This document shows positions 48,125 to 57,401 of a stretch of 64,000 nt of DNA, piece by piece. Every line of letters begins with the position of its first letter. Within the stretch, counting starts at the first letter, position 1. The position numbers and the translations under genes are program-made. The notes under the pieces are model-generated. The model was given only the letters and a program-made list of their open reading frames with translations. It made no database searches and had not been told where the DNA came from. The stretch is from Candidatus Eiseniibacteriota bacterium (GTDB taxonomy: Bacteria > Eisenbacteria > RBG-16-71-46 > CAIMUX01 > VGJL01): positions 1 through 64,000 of the forward strand of contig JBHGAY010000005.1 of assembly GCA_041946735.1 (NCBI GenBank). The letters run 5' to 3'.

Positions 48125-50461
48125 GTGCGCTCGGTTCTTACTCTCTGGATCCTTCTCGCCGCCGCCATTGGGGCGGCGATCAGCCCGGTAGGCGCTAACG
48201 CGAGCGCGGGCACTGTCGCTAACGCGAGCGCGAGCATTGTCGCCGGCGCCTCGCGCGGGACCCGTGCACCCTCGCCGCTTCCGGATCCTGCGGAGCGGAA
48301 GGCGATCCTACGGCAGGAGGCGGAACGCAGAGCCGCCTGGCTACGGTTGGCCGCGCGCGCCGAGATCGACGAGGGGGAGGCGGAAGGAGAGCGGGCGCGA
48401 AAGCGGGCGCAGGATTCCTACGATGTCCTCTACTACCGTCTGGCGATCGACCTGCGCGACATCTCCTCGCAGTGGATCCTCGGCGACTTGACCGCGCGCC
48501 TGCGACCGGTGGGCGAGACGCGCTCGATCCTCCTCGACTTCGATGACGACATGGTCGTCGACTCCGTCTGGGTCGATGGCCAGCCCGCCGGCTGGAATCT
48601 CGAGCAGAACCGGCTGCAGGTGCAGCTCGACTTCGCGCCGACCGAGCCGTTCGAAGTCCGCGTAGCCTATCAGGGCCATCCGGTGGCGCCCGGAATCAAC
48701 GCCTTCGGCTACTCGGTCCACGGTCCCGACCGAAGCCCGCTCATCTGGACCCTTTCGGAGCCCGAAGGCGCCCGGACCTGGTGGCCGTGCAAGGACACGC
48801 CGGCCGACAAGGCGGACAGTCTCGACGTTCTCCTCCGCGTGCCTGCCGGAATGGTCGCGACGTCCAACGGACTCCTCGACGAGACGATCGACCACGGCGA
48901 CGGATCGTTCACCTATCACTGGAAGCACCGCTACCCGATCGCGACCTATCTCGTCTGCGTCACCGCGACGAACTACGAGACGATCGAGGATCGCTACGTG
49001 CCGGTCTCGGGCGACACGCTGCCGGTCGTCCATTACGTCTATCCGGAGCATCTCGAGGAGGCGCGGGAGGACTTTTCGATCACCCCCGAGGCGATCGAAG
49101 TTTTCCAGGAGAGGTTCGGCCCCTATCCGTTCGCCAGGGAGAAGTACGGGCACTCGATCTTTCCCTGGGGCGGCGGGATGGAGCATCAGACGAACACGAG
49201 CTATGGAAGCTCGTTGATCACCGGCAGCCACCTGTACGATTGGGTGCTCGTGCACGAGCTCGCCCACCAGTGGTGGGGGGACATGACGAGCCCCGCCGAC
49301 TGGCGGGACATCTGGCTGAACGAGGGATTCGCCTCCTACGGCGAGGCGATCTGGTTCGAGCACAGGAACGGGCGCGAAGGGTACCTTTCGTGCCTGCAGA
49401 ACTTGGAGCGGGTCGTCGATCCGAGCGGCCCGCTCTACGATCCCCCCGCGCTGTTCGACGACAACACCGTGTACAACAAGGGCGCCTGGGTCCTCCACAT
49501 GCTGCGGGGAGTGCTCGGCGACTCGCTCTTCTTCGCCTCGTTGCACGAATACCGGGATCGGACCGCATACCGGTCGACCACGACCGCCGAGTTCCAGTCG
49601 ATCGTCGAGGAGGTGGCCGGACAGGATCTCGACTGGTTCTTCCAGCCATGGGTCTATGGGGTCGACCGCCCGCAGTACGTGACCTCGTTCGAGACGATCG
49701 GCGACGAGGCGACGGGACGGGCGGTATCGGTCCGCATCGTGCAGACACAGAAGACCGGAACGTTCGCCATGCCGATCACGCTTCGCTTCCGGCTGTCGGA
49801 CGGCGACTCGCTCGATGCGCGCGTCTTTCAGGATCCGCAGCACGAGGAGTTCCAGATCCCGCTTCCGGAGCCGACCGACACCGTGCGGGAGCTGGTGCTC
49901 GATCCCGACTCCTGGATCCTCAAGAAGGTCCTCTCCTCGCTCAACATCACGATCGCCCAGCTTCCGGTCGGCCAGGCCGGCCTGCCGTATCACGCCCGGA
50001 TCGAGGCGTCGGGGGGAAGGCCTCCCTACGAGTGGGAGGCGACGATGCCGCTTCCCGAAGGTCTCACGCTCGATCCGGCGAACGGGCTTCTTTCGGGCAT
50101 CGCCCCGGATGCGGGCAGCTACGCGATCGAAATCCAGGTGAGCGACGCGCTCGGGGCGAGCGTGCGGCGCGGCTTCACGTGGCGCGTGATCGAGGCGCCG
50201 CAGCTTCTCGCGCTTCCGAATCCGGCCGGGAAGTCGACCGCCATCGCGGTGGCGGGATTCTTCGGCCAGCCGATCCGGCTGCGGATCTACGACACGCTCG
50301 GGCGGATCGTTCGCGATCTCTGGAACGGGACCGCGCCCGCCGAGCCGATCGTCTGGGACGGGCGGGACGATCAGGGGCGCGAGGTCGGCTCCGGGCTTTA
50401 CGTCGCTCGGCTAACGGCCGGCTCCCGGGAGGTCCACCGCCGGATCGTCTGGATCCGCTAG
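48125..50461 (+). CDS. Secreted M1 family zinc aminopeptidase with Ig-like and FlgD-Ig/T9SS-like C-terminal domains
   Basis: GGMEH, HELAHQWWGD...WLNEGFASY, YNKGAWVLHMLR; ASGGRPPY..LPEGLTLDP Ig domain; tail WDGRDDQG..SGLYVARL; GTG start after AAGGAGG. Confidence 0.92.
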   Translation: MRSVLTLWILLAAAIGAAISPVGANASAGTVANASASIVAGASRGTRAPSPLPDPAERKAILRQEAERRAAWLRLAARAEIDEGEAEGERARKRAQDSYDVLYYRLAIDLRDISSQWILGDLTARLRPVGETRSILLDFDDDMVVDSVWVDGQPAGWNLEQNRLQVQLDFAPTEPFEVRVAYQGHPVAPGINAFGYSVHGPDRSPLIWTLSEPEGARTWWPCKDTPADKADSLDVLLRVPAGMVATSNGLLDETIDHGDGSFTYHWKHRYPIATYLVCVTATNYETIEDRYVPVSGDTLPVVHYVYPEHLEEAREDFSITPEAIEVFQERFGPYPFAREKYGHSIFPWGGGMEHQTNTSYGSSLITGSHLYDWVLVHELAHQWWGDMTSPADWRDIWLNEGFASYGEAIWFEHRNGREGYLSCLQNLERVVDPSGPLYDPPALFDDNTVYNKGAWVLHMLRGVLGDSLFFASLHEYRDRTAYRSTTTAEFQSIVEEVAGQDLDWFFQPWVYGVDRPQYVTSFETIGDEATGRAVSVRIVQTQKTGTFAMPITLRFRLSDGDSLDARVFQDPQHEEFQIPLPEPTDTVRELVLDPDSWILKKVLSSLNITIAQLPVGQAGLPYHARIEASGGRPPYEWEATMPLPEGLTLDPANGLLSGIAPDAGSYAIEIQVSDALGASVRRGFTWRVIEAPQLLALPNPAGKSTAIAVAGFFGQPIRLRIYDTLGRIVRDLWNGTAPAEPIVWDGRDDQGREVGSGLYVARLTAGSREVHRRIVWIR

Positions 50462-51724
50462 CGCGGCCGCGGCCCCCTCGAGCGTCGCGCGGGCGGGCGG
50501 AGCGGCGGGCGAGCGCGCGATGCGCGTCCGGCGGAAGAACGTCCAGAAGAGCCCGGCAGAGACGAGATAGAGCCCCATCGTCCCGATCATGTTCGGCGCG
50601 AAGCCGTGCCGCTCGATCAACCATCCTCCGAGAGGGGTGGTCACCATCCAGGAGAGGTTCCAGGAGAGCATGCGCACGCTGTTCGTCGCAGTCTGTTGAT
50701 CCTGCGGGACGATCTCCATCGCGAACGCCGCGCTGACCGGCTGGTTCATGTTCATCAGTGCGCCGCGCATCCAGAACGCGGCGACCGCCAGCCATAGACG
50801 GTCGGCGATCGCGAGCATCAGGAAGAACGGGATCGAGAGCAGCTCGGTCGCGACGATCGCGCGCACGTGGCTGAAGCGCCGCGCGAGGTACGGGCCGATC
50901 AGGAATCCCGCCATCGTCAACACCTGCGCGACCGCGAAGAAGATGCCGATGCGCTGGGGATCCTGCCCGAAGCGCTCCCGGAAGTAGAGGTTCAGGAAGG
51001 GGATCGTGAGCCCCGCGCCGCAGCCGACGAGGAAGGCGGGAAGGCAGATCTTGCCGAGCAGCGCATAGTCGCGCGTGAACAGGTAATCGCGGAGCGCGAA
51101 GCGACCGGCCCGGGGCGGCACGCTCCGGATGCGCGAGAACGGCACGACCGCAAGGACGGAGAGGACCGCCGTGGCGGCCAGCATCACGCGCAAGCCGGAC
51201 AGCTCCGATTCCAGGACGCGGCCGAAGTGTCGCGCGGCAAGCCCGCCCGCAAACGCGCTGGCGACGGTGGCGAGCGTCTCGAGGGCCGAGGCGGCCCCGA
51301 AGAGGTCGGTGCGGTGCTCGGGCCGCGCGTTGCGCATGAAGAACGGGGCGGCGGCGACCCAGTGGACCGTGAAGAGCATTCCGGTCAGAAGCGCGGCGAT
51401 CGAGAGGACGGCCGGGTGCGGAACGACGAGCTGGAGGCCGAACATCAGCCCGAAGCCGGCCGCGGCGGTCAGGAAGACCGACTCGGCGCGGAATCGATCG
51501 ATGAAGAGCGCGGCGGGGAGCGAGATCAGCACGGTGCCGAGGCTGCCCGCCGAGAGAATCCGACCGATCGTCGCCTCCCCCAGCCCGAGCTCGCGATAGT
51601 ACAAGTTCATGTGCACCCAGAGGGCGCCATGACCGATTCCCATGAGGAAGGTGCCGGCCAGGTAGAGGCGGGCGTTCCGCGAGAAGCCGCGCGCCGCGCG
51701 CCACATGTATCGAATCGGTCGCAT
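50411..51724 (-). CDS. MFS transporter
   Basis: About 12 TM helices; FIDRFR loop; LTIPFLNLYF; RGALMNMNQP. Confidence 0.88.
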   Translation of the reverse strand: MRPIRYMWRAARGFSRNARLYLAGTFLMGIGHGALWVHMNLYYRELGLGEATIGRILSAGSLGTVLISLPAALFIDRFRAESVFLTAAAGFGLMFGLQLVVPHPAVLSIAALLTGMLFTVHWVAAAPFFMRNARPEHRTDLFGAASALETLATVASAFAGGLAARHFGRVLESELSGLRVMLAATAVLSVLAVVPFSRIRSVPPRAGRFALRDYLFTRDYALLGKICLPAFLVGCGAGLTIPFLNLYFRERFGQDPQRIGIFFAVAQVLTMAGFLIGPYLARRFSHVRAIVATELLSIPFFLMLAIADRLWLAVAAFWMRGALMNMNQPVSAAFAMEIVPQDQQTATNSVRMLSWNLSWMVTTPLGGWLIERHGFAPNMIGTMGLYLVSAGLFWTFFRRTRIARSPAAPPARATLEGAAAALADPDDPAVDLPGAGR

Positions 51725-51818
51725 CCCGCTCCGTCGTCAACGCGGCGGGGCCTCCGCCTCCACGGCGAAGGCCCCGCGTTCGTGCGTGTCCCGCGCTACC
51801 GGCTCTCGCCGGCCGGCG

Positions 51819-52403
51819 CTACTTCCTCGCGTCGATCTCCGCGAAGATCTGCTGCAGCTTCTCGGTCGTCTGCTTCAGCAGGTCCTTGTGAAGGCTGTTG
51901 CCGTGGGAATCCATCGTGACGACGGCGGGGAAGCCCTCGACCTCGAACTCCCAGATCGCCTCCGGGCTGCCGAACTTTTCCGCGAGGTGGACGCCGCGCA
52001 CCCGGCGCACCTTCTCGGCGAGGACCTGCGCCGCGCCCCCGATCGCGTGGAGGTAGACGCAGCCGGTGTTCGCGCATGCTTCGAGCGTGCGGGCGCCCAT
52101 CCCTCCCTTGCCGATGATTCCTCGAAGGTGGAACTTTTCGATCAGGTCTCCCTGATACGGTTCCTCGCGGATCGACGTCGTCGGGCCGGCCGCCTTGACG
52201 ACCCAGACCTCGTTCTCCTTCACGAGGACCGGACCGCAGTGATACAGGATCGAATCGGTGAGATCGACGGGCGGCGCGTTGCCGTCGTGCAGGTACTTGT
52301 GGACCGCGTCGCGCCCGGTATAGACCATTCCGTGGATCTCGACGATGTCGCCGAGCGACAGCGCGCGGATCTTCTCCTCGGTGAACGGAGCCTCGAGCCT
52401 CAT
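51819..52403 (-). CDS. Class I fumarate hydratase (FumA/TtdB-like) beta subunit
   Basis: YTGRDAVH, YHCGP, AGPTTSIRE, IGKGGM, PEAIW, MDSHGNSLH. Confidence 0.9.
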   Translation of the reverse strand: MRLEAPFTEEKIRALSLGDIVEIHGMVYTGRDAVHKYLHDGNAPPVDLTDSILYHCGPVLVKENEVWVVKAAGPTTSIREEPYQGDLIEKFHLRGIIGKGGMGARTLEACANTGCVYLHAIGGAAQVLAEKVRRVRGVHLAEKFGSPEAIWEFEVEGFPAVVTMDSHGNSLHKDLLKQTTEKLQQIFAEIDARK

Positions 52404-52425
52404 CGTGTCCGTCCCCCCTTCCCGG

Positions 52426-53310
52426 CTAGTACAGCCATTGCCGGATCTCGCCTTGCGAGTCCAGCGCGGCGCCTTGACGGCGGAATGCCCAGCACATGTA
52501 AGAGATGCTGACGAAGTAGGACGCGGGGAGCCGGTTGAGCGCTCCGACCTTGCAGCCGAGAAGCGTCGTGGCGCCCCCGAATCCCATCGGTCCGATACCG
52601 AGGGAGTTCGAGCGCTGGACGACCCGCTTCTCGAGTCCGGCGAGGACCGGGTCCGGGTTCACGTCGTCGAGCCTTCGGAGAAACTGCTCCTTGGAGTGCA
52701 GGTACCCTGTCGCCCGGTCGCCCCCGATCGTGACGCCCAGGATCCCTGGTCCGCAGCCCTTGCCTTGCGCGTTGTTCACCGCGTCGAGGAGGCACTTCTC
52801 CACACCCGCTATGTCGCGCCCGGCGCCGATCTTGCCGTCGGGGAGCGAGTACTGAACGCCACAGTTCTCGCAGCCACCCCCCTTCAGCACGAGCCGCACC
52901 TGAGTCCGGACGCCGGTCCCTTGCTCGAAGTGGATCGTGGGGCTGCCCGGCCCGAGGTTCGTCCCCGGGTTCTTCCCCGTGATCGGATCGACAGAGTTCT
53001 GGCGCAGGTACCCGACCTTCGTCGCCTGGAGCACGGCGGCCTCCGCCGCCTTGCGGAACGCCTCCTGGTCGAGCCCTTTCGGCCCCCGCACGAAGAACAG
53101 GATCGAGCCGGTGTCCTGGCAGATCGGGAGGCTCTTCGATCGAGCCATTTCGGTGTTTGCGGCGATGACGTCCATCGCGTATCGGGCGGTGCTTCCCTTC
53201 TCTTCGGTCCGCTGCGCCTGCTCGAGCACCGCCTCCACGTCGGAGGGGATCTCGGCGGACGTCTTGCGGATCAGCTCGAGAAGGGATCGCTGCAGCACGC
53301 GTCGATCCAT
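52426..53310 (-). CDS. Class I fumarate hydratase (FumA/TtdA-like) alpha subunit
   Basis: PICQDTG, LRQNSV, LKGGGCEN, GKGCGP, GIGPMGFGG, YMCWAFRR. Confidence 0.9.
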   Translation of the reverse strand: MDRRVLQRSLLELIRKTSAEIPSDVEAVLEQAQRTEEKGSTARYAMDVIAANTEMARSKSLPICQDTGSILFFVRGPKGLDQEAFRKAAEAAVLQATKVGYLRQNSVDPITGKNPGTNLGPGSPTIHFEQGTGVRTQVRLVLKGGGCENCGVQYSLPDGKIGAGRDIAGVEKCLLDAVNNAQGKGCGPGILGVTIGGDRATGYLHSKEQFLRRLDDVNPDPVLAGLEKRVVQRSNSLGIGPMGFGGATTLLGCKVGALNRLPASYFVSISYMCWAFRRQGAALDSQGEIRQWLY

Positions 53311-53386
53311 CTCGTCCTCCAGTGCTGGGTACGAGGATGCCTGCGGGGGGAAACCGGAGAGAGGTTCGCGCAGAGCGGCGAGCCGG

Positions 53387-54409
53387 TCAAGCCCGCATCG
53401 GCGGCGGCTCCGTCAGGCCGGCCGTCAGAGTGCCCACCTTCTCGCGGACCTCGACCATCGTCCTCTCGGCGATTTCGAGGCAGTCGCGGCGCCCCTTTTC
53501 GATCGTTTCGAGGACAACCTCCGGATGAGCCTTGAGGTCGGCCGCGCGCTGGCGGATCGGATCGAGCGTGGCGATCATGTTCTTCCACAGGACCTTTTTG
53601 CATTCGATGCAGCCGATCCCTGCGGACCGGCAACCGGCGGCCGCCCATTGCTGGTCCTCGGGCGGCGAGAAGATCTGGTGGAGCGTGTAGATGTTGCACA
53701 CGTCGGGGTTCCCGGGGTCGGAGCGCCGGACGCGAGCCGGATCGGTGACGGCAGGTCGAAGCTTCTCCCAGATCGCGTCGGGCTCTTCGAGAAGCCCGAT
53801 GTAGTTGTTCAGCGACTTGCTCATCTTGGCCTTGCCGTCGAGCCCGAGCACGCGGGCGCCCTCCTTCGGGACGAGTTGCTGCGGCTCGGGGAAGGTTTCG
53901 CCGAAACGGGCGTTGAACTTCCTGGCCACCTCGCGGGTCAGCTCGATGTGCTGCACCTGATCTTCCCCGACCGGAACCGCCACGGCCTTGTAGAGGAGGA
54001 TGTCGGCCGCCTGGAGGACCGGATACGTGAAAAGCCCCGCGTTGATGTAGGTATCCTCCGTGGCGCGCTGCGACTTCTCCTTGAACTGGGTCATCCTCGA
54101 CAGATCCCCCATAGGGGTCACGGTGTTGAGGATCCAGGTCAGCTCCGTGTGCTGCGGCACGTGGGACTGGATGAACAAACGGCACCGGGCGGGGTCCAGC
54201 CCGGCGGCGATGTTGACCAGCGTGGCTTCGAACGACCGGCGCGCGAGGAGGTCCCGATCGTACGGCTGTGTAAGGGCGTGATAGTCGACGATGCTGAAAA
54301 TCGCATCGTAGTCATCGAGAAGCTTCACCCAGTTGCGGATCGCTCCTGCATAGTTGCCGATGTGGATCTCTCCGCTCGGCTGAATTCCACTGAAAAGGAC
54401 CGGCTTCAA
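53387..54409 (-). CDS. trpS: Tryptophan--tRNA ligase
   Basis: SGIQPSGEIHIGNY, YPVLQAADIL, VPVGEDQVQHIE, KMSKS; TTG start. Confidence 0.95.
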   Translation of the reverse strand: MKPVLFSGIQPSGEIHIGNYAGAIRNWVKLLDDYDAIFSIVDYHALTQPYDRDLLARRSFEATLVNIAAGLDPARCRLFIQSHVPQHTELTWILNTVTPMGDLSRMTQFKEKSQRATEDTYINAGLFTYPVLQAADILLYKAVAVPVGEDQVQHIELTREVARKFNARFGETFPEPQQLVPKEGARVLGLDGKAKMSKSLNNYIGLLEEPDAIWEKLRPAVTDPARVRRSDPGNPDVCNIYTLHQIFSPPEDQQWAAAGCRSAGIGCIECKKVLWKNMIATLDPIRQRAADLKAHPEVVLETIEKGRRDCLEIAERTMVEVREKVGTLTAGLTEPPPMRA

Positions 54410-54666
54410 AGAGTTCCTCGCTGAAGAATGGTACTATCTTGGCGTTCCGCAAAAGCTTAGAGATGAAAGCCGGGTCTGTCAAAGACAATCGGCCGACTCG
54501 TCGCGCACCGGCGCATGAACGAGCTCGAGGAGCGGTGGGAGGACGGGAAGGGAATGCGTCGGGCCGGCGAGGCTGCGGCGAGACGATGGAAACGCGTGAG
54601 AAAAGCCCGGAGCGTGTCCGAACGACAGTGGCGCTCCGGGCCTGCCTGCGGGAAGGTGAAGGGCGA

Positions 54667-55095
54667 TCAGCCGACCGCCTCGGTCACCATCCGGGTCAAC
54701 CGGTCGTACTGGGCGAGGGTCAGGGACGGGAAGTGGCGCAGCAACATTTCACGAAATTCATCCTGGAATGCCGCACGGTCCGCCTTCCTTGGACGGCCCG
54801 GACCGCGCCGCATCATCGGCTGGCCGGAAGCCTGCGCACGAGCGCGGCCGCCCGCCGCCGCCAGGTACGGCTGGCCCTTGGCGGCCGCCGGGCGGCGTCC
54901 ACGCGGTCGGCGGATGCCGGCCTTGCGGGCTTTCGCATTGACGGTCGGCAACGAGACATCGTGTTTCTTCGCGATGTCGCGGTAGCTCAGCTTTCCAGCC
55001 TTGAGATCCGCGATGATCGCGGCCTCACGATTCTGCATCGCCTCCTTGTCGAGGCGTCCTCTTCTTCTGACGCGGGCCTTCTTTGCAGCGGGCAT
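54667..55095 (-). CDS. Small basic HTH protein with AT-hook-like motifs
   Basis: LSYRDIAKKHDVSLPTVNAKARKAG HTH; RPRGRRP and RRGPGRPRK; RBS GGGAG. Confidence 0.75.
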   Translation of the reverse strand: MPAAKKARVRRRGRLDKEAMQNREAAIIADLKAGKLSYRDIAKKHDVSLPTVNAKARKAGIRRPRGRRPAAAKGQPYLAAAGGRARAQASGQPMMRRGPGRPRKADRAAFQDEFREMLLRHFPSLTLAQYDRLTRMVTEAVG

Positions 55096-55566
55096 GTCTC
55101 TCGCTCCCGTGCTCTTCGGGGAGGTCCCCCGGTTGGACCACCGCACGGCGCGCGCTACATCAGCGCAAACGTTTCGTTCTGCCGTGCATGGGAGAGTCGC
55201 GCAATTTGCGCGCTTCCCTCGCGTCGCGCAAGACGACGTTTGATGCAGTATTGGGAGTCGATCGAGCTCGTGTCAAAGGAAAAGTGGGTCGAAGCCGTCG
55301 CTTTTCGGCCGGCGACAGTCGCTTCGAAGACGGCGGGGAAAAGGCCGGTAAGGCCGGCAAAGGATTGTACAAGGCCAGCGGGGTACGGTCTCGCGTAGCG
55401 GCCGGGAGTGCGGCCCGGCGGGCGGAGGGCCGGGGGGCGATAGCGTTCGGGAAACTCTCGGAATTCCCGCTTGGCGGCCGCCAGGGCTTCTGGTTCCCTC
55501 CTACGGGGCGGAGTCGGGGCGACGGCGGGAAGGGGCGGCGAGGGCTTCAATGGCAATGAGGGAGAA

Positions 55567-55648
55567 AAGGGCGTCAAAGACGGCAAGGACCGCAGGAACG
55601 GCAAGGGCGTCAAGGACGGCAAGGGACGGCAAGGACGGCAAGGGCAAC
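55567..55648. repeat. Degenerate 9-bp tandem repeat (consensus AAGGACGGC), about 9 copies, just upstream of top6B
   Basis: aagggcgtc aaagacggc aaggaccgc aggaacggc aagggcgtc aaggacggc aagggacggc aaggacggc aagggcaac. Confidence 0.8.
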
Positions 55649-55664
55649 AAGAGGAGCCAACCAA

Positions 55665-57398
55665 GTGCCTGCAAAGCCTAAAAAAGCGACCGAGCAGCTG
55701 GATGTCTTCCTCGGGGTCGAGGAAGCGACGCCGAAGCGTCGAAAGACGGCCTCTCCGTCCACGGACGGAGGGAAGACGGCGGGAAAGGCAGCCCCGGCCG
55801 CGGAGACCCCTCTGCCGATCCGTACAGCGGCAGAACTGGCGATGCGGCAGCGGGATATTTCGGTCAGCGAGTTCTTCGCGAAGAACCGCCATCTGCTCGG
55901 GTTCGACAATCCGTCCAAGGCGCTGCTGACGACGGTACGGGAGGCGGTTGACAATTCCCTGGACGCGTGCGAGGAGGCCCGTATCCTGCCCGACCTGCGC
56001 GTGGAGATCCTGCCCGCCGGCGAGGACAGGTACCGGGTGATCGTACAGGACAACGGGCCGGGAATCGTTCGTACGCAGGTGCCGAAGATCTTCGGACAGC
56101 TCCTCTACGGGTCGAAGTTTCACACACTTAAGCAGTCCCGAGGGCAGCAGGGGATCGGGATCTCGGCCGCCGGAATGTACGGGATGCTCACGAGCGGCCG
56201 GCCGATGGCGATCATGACCCGGACCGGCCCCAAGCACCCGGCCCACTATCTCGAGCTTCGGATCGACACCCAGCGAAACCGTCCGGAGATCCTCGTGGAC
56301 CGGGAGGAGTCCTGGGAAGCGCCTCACGGCACGCGCGTGGAGATCACCCTTGCGGGGACGTACAAGCGCGGCCGCCACTCGGTCGACGGCTATCTCCGCC
56401 AGGTGGCGATCGCCAATCCCCATGCCCGGATCGTCTACCTCCCTCCCCAGACCGACGGCCCGGCGGAGCCGGTGACGTTCGAGCGGGTGAGCGGGAAGCT
56501 TCCGGACGAGCCGAAGGAAATCCGTCCGCATCCATACGGGGTCGAGCTTGGGGTGCTGATGCGGATGTTGAAGGGGAGCGACGCGAGGACCGTGCAGTCC
56601 TTCCTGCAAGGGGAGTTCTCGCGTGTCTCGCTACGAGTGGCGAGCGAGATCGCCCACCGCGCCCAGGTCGACGTGCACGCGCGGCCAGGCCGCCTGCCGC
56701 TCGAGGCGGGCGAGCGCCTGCACAAGGCGATGAACGAGGTCAAGCTGCTCGCCCCGCCGACGAACTGCATCGTTCCGATCGGCGAGGAACTGCTGCGGCG
56801 CGCTCTCGAGCAGGAGGTGGAGGCGGAGTTCACGACGGTCGTGAGCCGCCCGCCGACCGTCTATCGAGGCAATCCGTTCCTGATCGAGGCGGGAATCGCC
56901 TGGGGGGCCGACCTGCCGGCCGACGAGCCGATCACGCTCTACCGCTACGCGAACCGTGTGCCGTTGCTCTACCAACGGTCGGCCTGCGCGATGACGAAGG
57001 CCACGATCGCCGTCGATTGGCGGAAGTACCAGATCCAGCAGCCGAAAGGGGCGCTTCCGGTGGGTCCCGCGATCCTGCTCGTCCATATCGCCTCCGCCTG
57101 GGTGCCGTTCACGTCGGAGAGCAAGGAGGCGATCGCGCACTATCCGGAGATTCTGAAGGAGATCCGGCTCGCGCTGCAGGAATGCGGGCGACAGGTCGCG
57201 CTCCACATCAACCGGAGGCGCCGGGAGCACGAGGAGGGGAAGAAGCGCTCCTACATCCAGCGCTACATCCCCCACATCGGGATCGCCCTGCAACAGATCC
57301 TGGCCCTCGACGAGAAGGCGCGGGAGAAGACCGTTTCGACGCTCACGAACGTTCTCGAGCAGAGCCGGACGAAGGCCGGCGGGGGCGCGGAGGAGTAG
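55665..57398 (+). CDS. top6B: DNA topoisomerase VI subunit B
   Basis: ISVSEFFAKNRHLLGFD; GHKL motifs VREAVDNSLDA, DNGPGI, LLYGSKF, SRGQQGIGIS; RYANRVPLLY; WVPFTSESKEAIA. Confidence 0.95.
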   Translation: MPAKPKKATEQLDVFLGVEEATPKRRKTASPSTDGGKTAGKAAPAAETPLPIRTAAELAMRQRDISVSEFFAKNRHLLGFDNPSKALLTTVREAVDNSLDACEEARILPDLRVEILPAGEDRYRVIVQDNGPGIVRTQVPKIFGQLLYGSKFHTLKQSRGQQGIGISAAGMYGMLTSGRPMAIMTRTGPKHPAHYLELRIDTQRNRPEILVDREESWEAPHGTRVEITLAGTYKRGRHSVDGYLRQVAIANPHARIVYLPPQTDGPAEPVTFERVSGKLPDEPKEIRPHPYGVELGVLMRMLKGSDARTVQSFLQGEFSRVSLRVASEIAHRAQVDVHARPGRLPLEAGERLHKAMNEVKLLAPPTNCIVPIGEELLRRALEQEVEAEFTTVVSRPPTVYRGNPFLIEAGIAWGADLPADEPITLYRYANRVPLLYQRSACAMTKATIAVDWRKYQIQQPKGALPVGPAILLVHIASAWVPFTSESKEAIAHYPEILKEIRLALQECGRQVALHINRRRREHEEGKKRSYIQRYIPHIGIALQQILALDEKAREKTVSTLTNVLEQSRTKAGGGAEE

Positions 57399-57401
57399 GC
57401 A

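Noticed and set aside
50411..50461. Tail-to-tail gene overlaps (also 39370-39428 and 59549-59619) as a special regulatory system
   Set aside because: One partner always contributes a low-complexity tail; such overlaps are common in GC-rich genomes with few stop codons.
51745..51779. Hairpin between the fumarase beta gene and the MFS gene as a REP or mobile element
   Set aside because: I noticed only one copy in the window; more simply a terminator or mRNA stability stem.
55471..55929. Collagen-like KDG/KGV ORF or frameshifted N-terminal extension of Top6B
   Set aside because: It arises from the 9-bp repeat; neither KDG-reading frame joins the top6B frame, and top6B has its own RBS (GAGGAG) and GTG.
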